DNA from: Wallemia ichthyophaga EXF-994
Lineage: Eukaryota > Fungi > Basidiomycota
Assembly (NCBI RefSeq): GCF_000400465.1
Contig: NW_008806275.1
Location: 489,656-521,655 of the forward strand
Length of the DNA stretch: 32,000 nt
Reading direction: 5' to 3'
A program made the translations under genes and the position numbers. The stretch's first letter is position 1. Each line of letters starts with the position of its first letter. Below are positions 1 through 10,463 of the stretch, in pieces. The notes below the pieces were generated by a model that saw only the letters and a list, made by a program, of their open reading frames with translations, did no database searches and was not told the DNA's origin.

Positions 1-610
1 CCCATATCATCTGAAGCGGGACTGTTAGATTGATTATCGTAGGGATTCTGACGTTGGAAGTTGATAAGTGGGGAAGGAGGTTGTGGAGGGTGTTGTAAGT
101 GATGATGTGGCGGTGGCTGAGGAGGGCGGTGTTGTTGCTGTTGTTGCTGTTGTTGCTGCTGCTGATTGTTGAAATTTGCAAAAGGATCGGTCTAAATAGC
201 TCATTAGTTAGATATTTCCAAGATTAATTAAGGGCGCGGATGTAAGGGCAGCTAAATTAAGCGAGGCTTAAGCGAGGTGGTGGGGACTCCACTCCGAGGG
301 AAAAATATGCGGGGAGACAACAAGAAAGAAAGAGAAAACTCACCTGCATCCATTGGTTATTTGTGCTTTCAGTTTGCATTAGGCTATCCAGCGTATCCGA
401 TATGTCAAACGATGAGTGGAGGTCTCTCCAGCTATGGCTGTGGCTGTGTACAGAGCCATTGCTTGGGTGTGTTGCATGTGCATGTGGCTGCTGCTGCTGA
501 TGTTCTTGCGGCTGAGATTCCTGTGGGCTATTGAAACCTCCCTCCTGTCTGATCTTTGGGATTGAGGACGATAACGGGTTTGAAGGCATGAAGAAACCAG
601 AAGGTGGCAT
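1..610 (-). CDS. Low-complexity Q/H/P-rich protein, 5' part only (runs off the window start); possibly a transcriptional regulator
   Basis: ATG at 610. Exon 344-610, intron 192-343 (GTGAGT...CTAAC...TAG), exon 1-191 stays open: ...WMQ|TDPFANFNNQQQQQQQQQQQHRPPQPPPHHHLQHPPQPPSP... No recognisable domain in the visible part. Confidence 0.75.
132..164 (-). repeat. Mixed CAG/CAA repeat encoding 11 consecutive Gln
   Basis: Plus strand ttgttgctgttgttgctgttgttgctgctgctg, in frame in exon 2 of the first gene. Confidence 0.9.
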
Positions 611-845
611 TGCTCTGTGTCTTAATATTTTATTGAATTTATTTTTTATTTTCCAACTTGATGGTTTCTACCTGAGGACCCCCTCTAATTCCGGGTGGTT
701 GGCGGCGTAACTCATTTTTTTCACACAGCGCATATTAACCGGTTGTTATGGTGAGATATATTTCAGTTATTTAAAATATATTTTATCTCTTTTTCTTTTT
801 CAATTTGAGCATTTCAAGCAAAACTGCTCTTTATCCTTTGCGTTG

Positions 846-3296
846 ATGCTACTCAGGCCAGTCAGAAGATTTACAAGTCCATTGAGGCTACTCAGCGTTG
901 TTAGATCTACAGCCACGGTATCCGCATCCAGCCAATCACAGCAGCCACCCTCCCGGCACCATCCTCAGCCTGAATTCCCGCAGCTTATTCCTTCTAGCGT
1001 ACAGACAGGCAGCTACCACCCAATCGCTCCTGATGACAGCCACAAGCGTAAAGAGGACGATGAATCTTTCGATTCCGTTGCCACAAAGCTCTCGCCAGAG
1101 ACTATGAAAGCTATCACAGTTTCACCACACAAGCATACAAAAATGTCTGCTGTACAATCTGCTATCTTCAACCTTCTCCCTGGCTTATCTGATGCCCAAT
1201 CAAATGACAGGAAAGACCTCTTTGTCAAGTCTAAGACTGGTACTGGTAAAACTATGGCCTTCTTGGTGCCTGCCATTGAAGCTAGACTTATGGCTATTCA
1301 GAATGCATTTGATTCTGCTTCTGGTTCTGATAAAGAAAAGTTTAAAGCTGGTAAACAATACGCTAATAGTACCGTTGGCGCTGTGATTATCAGTCCAACA
1401 AGAGAATTAGCCACTCAAATTGCTAACGAAGCTATAAAACTCTGTACGCATCACAAAGGCTTTCAAGTTAGACTCTTCGTTGGTGGCGCCAACAAAGGAA
1501 AGCAACTCTCAGAATTCAAAAACGGTAGAGGCGATATCATTGTTACCACCCCTGGTCGTATGAATGATGTTCTACAAACTAGTCCTATGGTTAAATCTGC
1601 TTTGAACACTTCTCCAACTGTACGTTACAATCTGCTTCACCCATCCACGCTCATACAGCTCTAGCTTATCCTCGATGAAGCAGATACTTTACTTGAAATG
1701 GGTTTTAAGGATGAACTCAATGCCATCATCGAACACCTCCCAGGTCATCCAACTCGTCAATCCGTTCTACTCTCCGCTACCCTCTCAGAAGGTATTAGAA
1801 AGGTCGCCAAATCTATCCTTAAACCAAACCATCTTTACATAGACACAGTACCAGAAGGCGAGAGCAACTCGCATGCTAAAATTCCTCAATTTTACTCTGC
1901 ATTATCATCCCCTGGCCACCAGTTACCACATTTACTTAGATTGATATCCCACGATCAGCTCACGAATCCAAAATCAAAGATAATGATTTTTTGCCCAACA
2001 ACCAAAATGACGATGCTCTACTCGACCATCTTCAGAGCGCTCTCAAAATCCCTGCCAAAGAAGGCTAACATATTCGAGATCCACAGCAAGAGAACGATGG
2101 AGCAGCGTAGCAGAGCATCTGAGCATTTCAGGAGGGATAAGTCTGACAGTAGTGTGTTGGTAACTTCAGACGTCAGTGCACGCGGTGTTGACTATCCAAA
2201 TGTCACACGCGTTATCCAAATTGGTGTGCCTCCATCTGCTGATCAATACGTTCACAGAATAGGTAGAACTGGTAGAGGTGGTTCCAGTGGAAGAGCAGAT
2301 TTCGTTATGGATTACTACGAATTACCATTCCTGACTTGGCAACTCAACCAGCACAACATTGCAGATAATCCAGCTAAAGAGTTCGCCAAGCAGGTTGCAC
2401 AATTGGCAGAATCTACAGGCAATCAGGATGTTGTTGATAAGGTCAACAATATTGAGAATGAGTTGAAAGATCTCATCTCTCAAGTTGACGAATTGGCCGT
2501 CAGGGAGACTTTCGCAAGTTTGCTCGGATACTATCTACCAAAAGCACCAGTGATGCGTACGACGAAAGGTGTTGTAGTGGAAGGACTCAAGTCATGGACA
2601 ACTGAGGCAATGGGCTTGCCAAGACCACCATACATATCCGACACTTTCCTGCTCAAAATGGGTCTCACAGATAACCGTTCGAAGCGCTTCGGTCAGAAAG
2701 ACAGATACTCGGGAGATGCAGCCAAGGAGTACTTTAGTGTTGCTGACAAGAGGAGTGGTAAAGATCAAGGATTGCGCTACAACCTCGATGGCAGACAGAC
2801 ATACAGAGGTTCAGATAAGGGCAAGTTGCGCAGTGAGTGGGACAAGAGAGGTCTCTACGGTTACAGAGGTCAGGGTGCTCCACCTCCATCTGAGCGCAAC
2901 AAGCCTGAAATGGACGCAGATGAATACAGGAGTGCTCCTTATGGTAGAGAGCATCTCTCTCCCGAATACATCGGTGCCTCAAACAGACCGAGGGTGAGAA
3001 GTCGCACCGACTTCGACTACGGCGGTAAAGGTAGATCAGGTGGTATAAAAAAGCCAACTGACAGAAGAAGCTACATGACTAGCGCACATCCCACCAGAGC
3101 TGTATATGCTCATGACGAAGAAAGACAAGCTGAAGCTGAAGTTCAAGCTAGGAAGCAAAGGGCTCAAAAAATTGCAGAATCACCGCGTACTGCTTCGCAT
3201 TACGAATTAAGTAACAAGTTGGCTAGAAGACGTAGAACCGCAAACAAAGAATTTCATGCTCGTAAAGTACTCATTCAAGACGCTATGCATCAATAG
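846..3296 (+). CDS. Mitochondrial DEAD-box RNA helicase, Mss116/CYT-19-like (~801 aa)
   Basis: Exons 846-1619 and 1665-3296; intron 1620-1664 GTACGT...TAG. Motifs: Q (SAVQ), I (SKTGTGKT), Ia (SPTRELATQI), Ib (TPGR), II (LDEAD, after splicing), III (SAT), V (SDVSARGVDYP), VI (HRIGRTGR). Arg/Ser-rich N-terminal presequence and basic C-tail. Confidence 0.88.
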
Positions 3297-3357
3297 AAAA
3301 ATAGCATTATATGGACGCAAGAGATAAGCTAAATTATAGATAAACATCATTCATCAT

Positions 3358-3383
3358 CACTCACAACTCACAACTCACACTCA
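3358..3383. repeat. 7-bp tandem repeat (ACTCACA)n between convergent stop codons
   Basis: cactcacaactcacaactcacactca; reads as three GTGAGT on the minus strand. Confidence 0.8.
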
Positions 3384-3433
3384 TTTCTACTTTATTACGG
3401 TTCATGTGTTTGTTTATTTATTTATTTTACAAG

Positions 3434-6400
3434 TTACAGAGAATCGATCACATATTGTGCCCAGCGTGAGCTTTCAATTCGGTCTTTGTAATTGTTATAG
3501 GTAGTCATCAGAGCGTCGTATTCGTCTGAGTGCTGAGCAGATGTAGCAAATGTGTGCATGAACTCCTTTACCACACCCACTCCACTATTGATATCTTCAT
3601 CGGAAAACTTCTGTCTCTTCTCTTCGCTGCCTTCGATATCTTCCAGCTCATCAGCCTTGCGTTTAGCGAGTTTGATAACGCTGTCAGGAAAGCCAGCCAT
3701 TTGTGCGACGTTGATACCAAAACTCTTGTCACTGACACCGGGCTCTACTTTATACAGCAGACTAACATCCTCCTCATCTTGATCGTGCTGAACATGCGCG
3801 ACGACATGCAAATTCTTCACGTGTCCTTGTTGATTTGACAAGCTCGTCAATTCGTGAAAATGGGACGCAAAGACGCAAAATGAACGCAACTCGACTGCTA
3901 TATACTCAGAAATGGCCCAGGCTAGACCGAAACCGTCATATGTGGATGTACCTCTACCTAGCTCGTCTACTATGATTAAGCTGTTTTTCGTTGCTGACTT
4001 TAATATCGTGGCTGTCTCTAGCATTTCAGCCATGAAGGTGGATATGCCTTTGATTTGGGAATCTCCCGCACCGACTCTAGCGAGTATGCAGTCGAATATG
4101 GGTACTGTAGCCTTTGTACATGGAACATAGCAGCCGATTTGTGCCATTAAAGCTATTATACCTATCTGTTAGGGTCTATGGTTAGTTGGAGATGTCATAA
4201 ACTTTACCCAACACACTTACCTGTCTGATGTATGTGGATTTTCCACCCATGTTCGGACCTGTGACAATCAGGAATTCACTTTCGTCTGTTGTGTGTGGTT
4301 GGTTAGCTAAAGCGCCCGAGCTCGCTTAAGCTTTTGACCCACCCCTCTTTAACATTACGTCGTTCGCTATAAAGTCCACTCCATCCTGCACTTCGAGACA
4401 AGGATGGCGTGCTTCAGTGAGCAGCATGTCGCTCGTGCCCTTCTCCCGAACTTCCGGCTTCACTAAGGGGCTAGCTGAGTTGTCTGCAACGAAAGCGAAG
4501 CTGTCTTTGTTAGTAGGAGGAGAGATGAATGGTGCTATCCACCCACTTCATCAGCACGTCCAGGTGGGCGAGTACATTATCAAGACTCTCAAGCACTGGA
4601 CAGTATGTAGCAGCAATACCAACGACCTCTTTCACTAAACTTGATTGTTTCTTATCGTACGCTGTCTGCACTTCTTTGTACTCATCACCTAAATCTCTCA
4701 GTGTCGATGTTCTGAAGTATGTTCCATTCTTAAGTGTGGACAGCTCATGGTAAGCTTTGTTGTTTGCCACGCTCTTCGCCTCCGCCTTTGTCACTCTGAA
4801 GCAGTAGCCGTATGTTTGATGTCTTTCCATATGCAGCTTCTTGCCCAGCTCTAAGCCGAGATCGCTGCCGACAGCCTGGTGTTCTTCGTCTAAGCCATCG
4901 CGGATAGACTCGAGCTTGATGCGGTAAGCCTTGAGATCGTCATCGAAATCGGGCTTAATGATGTAGTTGTGGTTAGCCAATTCATCGAGATCGATTGTAG
5001 ATTCGACCATTTCGATCAGCATGTTAAGACTGCCAGCCAGATCTTGTAGAGGCTTAACGTATGTTTCCTCAATTAGCAGTCTAATCGCATCATCCTCCAC
5101 ACCCTCCTCCGCTGCCTTGATGTCTTGCAGCAACTTTGGTATATTGAGACAGGCTTGATACGTTCTCACTACATCTTCAAGATTAGCGACACCCCTCTGA
5201 AAACGCTTGGAGAGTCGATGAAGGTCTGGCATCTTGTTCATTATTTGCTCGCGCATAATTCCCCTTAGTTCCGTCTCTATGGTGAACCATTCGACGAGAT
5301 TTTGTCGAGAGTGTATGTCATGTAATGTCATTAGAGGCTGTTTCAGCCACTGTGCTAGCAGTCGCTGCCCTTGAGCCGTTTTGCAGTGGTTGAGAAGCCC
5401 GAACAAAGACATGTTCTTCGATCCACCGACGTCACCAGGCGAGGGGAAAAGACTGAGTGCGCGTAATGCTGAGGCATCTAACTTCATGTAATGCGACAAA
5501 TCGTGGTTTTTTAAAGTGAATTGGGAAAAGTTAGCAGCATCGCCCATCAAACCGAGGTAATTGATTAGGACAGATGCAGAAGACATGGCTATCTTCATAT
5601 CAAATTCGGAGGATTGCTTCACTGCACCGCTTTTCAACAGTCTGTCAAGATCCTGTTCTATGTCTTTCATGTTGAAGTCTGATGGCTTCACCTCTGTAAC
5701 GACTATCCCGCATCTTTCAACAAGAGTCTTGAGTTTAGTGAGATCGTGATCGTTGCCCTTGTCGTTGGACGGTAGAAGACACTCCTTCACGCCAAGTTGT
5801 ATGATGAGAGACTCGACGTTCGAGAAGAGGTCGTTATCTACAAACTCACTTAGCCCGAGTTCGCGGCAGCTTGCGTCACAGTAAGCGGAACCGACGTGCA
5901 ACAGGCCCTCTTTCACGCTGAGCTTGATAGCCATTGAGATGGGAGCTGTGAGTATATCTGATGAAGCGAAAAGGAGATCTTCTACTGGTTGTAGATTGCC
6001 TGGAGAAGCAGTCTTTATTAGGGTGTATGACTGCGCCTTCTTGCCGCCCTCTGATTCCCATATCTCGATTTTAAGCTGACGCGTGGTGAGAGCTTCACGG
6101 AGAAAAGTCTGAGCAGATATTCTGTTTAACGAGAGGAACGGCAGTGGCTGTTTGAGCTTCTTTGAGGAAAGTTGTTTGAGTACTTTCTGTGTCTTGAAGA
6201 CTGTATTGGCTACGTAATTAGCATCGTCGCCATAAGCTGAATAGAATTCCTGTAATGATTGTGAGTTGGTGTTTACGCGCTGTCCACGCTGCGTACTCCT
6301 CTATCGAATAAGCGTATTGTGCCTTCGAGTTTCTAAATAACTGTGAGATTAGCACTGCTTGTTGTTATAGCTGCTCACATTAGGCATCGATTTATAAAAC

Positions 6401-6566
6401 ACTGCGAATCCATCATTTGCGCTGCTATCTGTACGCGTTGAGATGACATGTATGAGATACGCAGGAAACGCAGGAAACCCACCAATATCCTTATCTTTCT
6501 TATCTTCAGAGTACCTGCGTTGATTGTGAGTGTATTTTTCCGCGTATAACCACACACCCACATCAT
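3434..6566 (-). CDS. MSH2: DNA mismatch repair protein MSH2 (~926 aa, 8 exons)
   Basis: Exons 6562-6566, 6483-6514, 6379-6428, 6297-6332, 4547-6249, 4343-4500, 4221-4285, 3434-4165; all phases consistent. [16 protein letters not shown]-terminus, EARHPCLE, Walker [48 protein letters not shown]. The first three exons are less certain than the rest. Confidence 0.95.
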
Positions 6567-6568
6567 CC

Positions 6569-6594
6569 TCGTTGATCGCAATCGTTGATCGCAA
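6569..6594. repeat. Perfect 13-bp direct repeat x2 (TCGTTGATCGCAA) in the 36-bp spacer between divergent ATGs
   Basis: Copies at 6569-6581 and 6582-6594. Confidence 0.9.
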
Positions 6595-6602
6595 CCGTCA
6601 AG

Positions 6603-7499
6603 ATGCGTTTGCTGCAATTTATAAATTTCAGGGGAATTTCAGCGGGAAACATAAGGCACTTGAGCACTACTGCAAATCTCTATAAGGCCAAGCAACAGCA
6701 TAGTGCAGATGAGATTGAAGAAGACTTTGGTGACTTGATCGCAGGTAGCGACGCTGGTGTGGCAGATGAGCCAGTGCAGCAGCAAACTCACTCGCCCACA
6801 ACGCAATCCACTTCTGGTCCTTGGAAGGCTGCCGTGGACTACCTCACGCCCAAGCTGAGTGATGGAAACGCGGTTGATCCAACGAATCGTCCAAAAGCTC
6901 GTAAAGTAATTGACGCATTGGTATATGCGAGGAACGAATCTGAAATAGATGTCGGTATAGATTTTTATAGACGCTGGCAATCATTCAAACTCGGTGTAAA
7001 TCGTAATGCACATGCCGATATACTCATAAACCTCTGCAAGCAAGGTAGAGCGGATATCGCTTTCGAGTTTTTATCAGATTATCACAAATTCAATCTCACA
7101 TTACCTAACAGAGCAACAGCGAGAGCTATTTCACTGGGATTGCTTGAGAAGAAGGATCACATTGCTACACCTCTGCAACTGCTGCCGATACTCAGAGCAT
7201 TCCATTACAGACCACACGATGCTTTCTGCGTTGCTAATGCAATCAGGGGATTGGAAAAGGGTGACGAGAACCGCGTCGCGTTGCTTGATTGGTTGAAGGG
7301 ATTGGATGTGCGTAGGGTTATACCAGTCGATTCGTGGCAGCTGAACGATGCACACAACGTTTGGAGTGAACTGCGCTCAATTGCAGAGGAAGAAGGCAGA
7401 GGTGGTGATTGGCTCGACAAGCTAGGCTCTAAATTGACACAGCAGCTTTCCAAGGAGGAGAAATACGCACAACGCAAAGCTAGAAAGCAGCAAGAATGA
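6603..7499 (+). CDS. Uncharacterised, probably mitochondrial helical-repeat (PPR-like) protein (~298 aa)
   Basis: Single-exon ORF. ATG 6603 (the track's 6585 start is non-ATG). Presequence-like MRLLQFINFRGISAGNIRHLSTT. PPR-like segment HADILINLCKQGRADIAFEFLSDYHKFNL. Lys-rich C-terminus. Confidence 0.7.
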   Translation: MRLLQFINFRGISAGNIRHLSTTANLYKAKQQHSADEIEEDFGDLIAGSDAGVADEPVQQQTHSPTTQSTSGPWKAAVDYLTPKLSDGNAVDPTNRPKARKVIDALVYARNESEIDVGIDFYRRWQSFKLGVNRNAHADILINLCKQGRADIAFEFLSDYHKFNLTLPNRATARAISLGLLEKKDHIATPLQLLPILRAFHYRPHDAFCVANAIRGLEKGDENRVALLDWLKGLDVRRVIPVDSWQLNDAHNVWSELRSIAEEEGRGGDWLDKLGSKLTQQLSKEEKYAQRKARKQQE

Positions 7500-7582
7500 A
7501 ATACATTATAGAATATAGTCGATGCATTGGAATACTCTTATTTGATCTGTGCTATGCCTCTCTCTTTCACCTACTATCACCA

Positions 7583-9743
7583 ATGGACAACGTTAAGGCG
7601 TCCGTGAAAGCGTTTGCAGAGAAACGAAGCCATTTAAATGATATAAAAGTTGCATTAAGCAGAAGCAGTATACCACAAGACGATCATAAGACTGCAATTG
7701 AGAACGCATTTCGTGAAGATGTCCAGGCGTACTCCGTGGGTGAATACGCGTGATTAGAATAGTTGCCTAATATTAACTCCAGTCTACTCGCTCACTTTCC
7801 CCTCAATTCTCAGATGGGAAAGTCTGCGACGATTATCATATTGGTCTTCTATTCAGGCTGGGTGTACTGGTCGAATTACTTAAGAGTGATCTTATACCGC
7901 CAAACTCAGTGGTACCTATTATCTCTGATACGCTGGATATACACTCGCTATCTTCTGCCACTGTTATCTTCAACTTCCTCACCGACTTTATGGCTTCCGA
8001 CGACTCAAACGTGGTTAAGACGACGAGCACGCGTAACAACCTACTCAAAACAAGCAATGAGCTGCTGAGAAGAGCTTCTAGAACTAGAAATAGCGAACTT
8101 TGTGGTGAAATTCTCCTTTTCCTCACCAGTATCATGCCATTAACCGATAGATCGGCTACCAACTTCAGGGGCGATATTAGGGAGTCTACAAAGACCATAC
8201 CCGATGCACTAATGATGAGTGACGAAGCAGATGATGGGTATAGGAATTTCTGGCACTTACAGTCCTACCTCACAAATCCAATGTCGATATACGACAAGAC
8301 GGCGATTAAGGATGGTGATAAGGAGATCACTCACACAGAAAGATTCAAGTCTCTTTTCAGCTCAATTCTCCAGCTCCTTGTCGAGGCTTCCGATAAGGAG
8401 ATCAGGATGTCTGGTTCGACAACCAAGAAAAGCAGCGGCGGTATGAAGCGCAAGTTAAACGAAGCTGAGATACTGTCCGATGCGTACTTTTTCCCTGAGT
8501 ACCTTGCTCAGCCTAAGTTGTTCCCATTACAGGTGCGTTGATTTATTAAACATACACATACACCTCTAAAGTCACACAAATACCTCTACAGGTCGCTGAT
8601 CCAAGCTTTAGATGCTGCGTGTTTATACAGATGTTCATCATAGTCCAATTTATCGTCTCGGTCCACCCAAAGGACCTTCTCTATGGCCCTGAAATCCAAA
8701 ACCCACAGGAAAAAATTATAAAGAGCGGGATACAGTCTGACAAAACTTTCGCTGACTGGGCTACGAGTAGGCGTTCGAATATACTCAAAGCACTGCCCAA
8801 AGTATCACCACACAACGTCGACATAACGCAACCCATAGTGCAACTAATGAAGAGGGAAAAACACTGGGTATACTGGAAGATGGAAAACTGTCCGATGATA
8901 GAACTACCGAGCGACGACCCCAGTCTGCTCACTCGAGCCGAGGAATCCAGGATGGCGAATGTGTTTAAAAACATAAATGCAAGTCCGTATGTATGGGGAA
9001 CGGAGGCGCTGAGTGAGTCATTCGAAGAAGGATACAAGAATGCAGATGACTTGGAACAATACCCGCGACCACCCGAACTTTCTTTCTACGTGAAGAAAGC
9101 AAAACAGGATACAATGAAGGCGATGCAGAGGAGGAGGAAACTTGGAGTTGGGGAAGATGCACAGGTGGCTAATGATCCTGTGTTGGAAGACGTGAGAAAT
9201 CACAAGCAGAGTCTGTCATGGAGAGGATTTCGTTGTGTGGCTAAGAATAGCGCTCCAATTATCGCATCACTCCCACCTGGTTCTGACGTGGAGGGGCTGT
9301 ATGAAGCCATTGAAAGAAAAAAACAGCAGGCACAAGCGAAAGGTGTAGCGTCGAAAGATAACTCACCTAGCAATGCACTTGATGTGACGCAGATTGTAGG
9401 TGATGGCCAGCGGCATGATGAACAGGGTCGCAAGGAAGATGAGGAGGAGGAGATGAATATCGAGAAGCATTTATCTCGTGAGCAGGCAGTGGATGCTGCG
9501 GCTGATTCGAAGAAAGAGGAGGCGGGAGAGCAAGTCGTAGAGCAGTTTGTTGAGCAAGCTGTCGAACAGGATGGTAAAGTGATACAAGATACAAAGCAAG
9601 TCAAAGTAAACCAAACTAATGAGCGTTCTCAAAGCCAACCGCCTGAAGCAGAGGAAGTTTTTCAAACGTCGCAAGTCGTGATGGACACGGCAGAAGAAAA
9701 GATGGTTGTACAAGAAAGTGTAAAGGAGAAAATGCAAAGCTAA
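7583..9743 (+). CDS. THOC1: THO complex subunit 1 (THOC1/Hpr1 family) (~684 aa)
   Basis: Exons 7583-7735, 7783-8532, 8592-9743. NNLLKTSNELLRRASR...CGEILLFL...PLTDRSATNFRG, YFFPEYL..PKLFPLQVADPSFR, REKHWVYWKMENCP. Confidence 0.9.
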
Positions 9744-9804
9744 ATACATGTGTATTCTATTCAGCGTTCTCGTAAAATCGTTAAGTTCGTTACAAGACGC
9801 TAGA

Positions 9805-10416
9805 TTAGAAGATCATTGGACCAGCTACGTCATTGCGCTTCTGCTTCCCGGCAGTCAACTCGATGAGAGTGAGGACAAAGTCGAAAGCTGTGCCTGGGCC
9901 ACGTGATGTTACAAGATTCTCAGTAACGACGACCTTATCTTGCGAGTAAGCGTAGAGGTGATCGAGCTCATCTTTTACAGAAGGATGCGAGGTGATTGGC
10001 TGACCTTTAGCTATGTCTGCAGATTTTATGATGAGTGAACCAGCGCAGATAGTACCGAGAAGCTTATCGGAGGCTTTGAAATTACGCTGGAAAAGGCTTT
10101 GAATGCGTAAGTTTGATTTGAGAGTGTTGGCGCCAGGCCCACCACCAGGGACAACGACAATGTTGAAACTGTGCAAATCGTCATCGCTGAGGTCGTTGAG
10201 GAGTACATCCGGAGTAATCTTAACGCCTCTTGTGCATACGGCGTGCGTGGATATGTCTACACCTGCAGATACAGCTTGGAAACCCGCTCTGACGAGTGTA
10301 TCGTAAGTAATGGTGCTGGTTGGTGGATTTGAGTACTGGAATTTGCCGTAAAATACATCGACTCACAATTCCATCTCCTCAGTGCCGTTTGAAATGAAAA
10401 TTAAAGCCTTTGTCAT
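9805..10416 (-). CDS. DJ-1/PfpI family protein, DJ-1/YajL-like clade (~186 aa)
   Basis: Exons 10367-10416 and 9805-10315; intron GTGAGT...CAG. MTKALIFISNGTEEMEFTITYDTLVRAG, VVVPGGGPGA, nucleophile ICAGS, TSHP, TSRGPGTA. Confidence 0.93.
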
Positions 10417-10463
10417 TTCGATAATGATTGTTGAAACGCGTCACCCCTTTCAAACGAGCAGCC

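Noticed and set aside
258-4330. Shared 10-mer CTTAAGCGAG in the first gene's intron and an MSH2 intron
   Set aside because: Only two occurrences, in opposite transcript orientation; compatible with chance.
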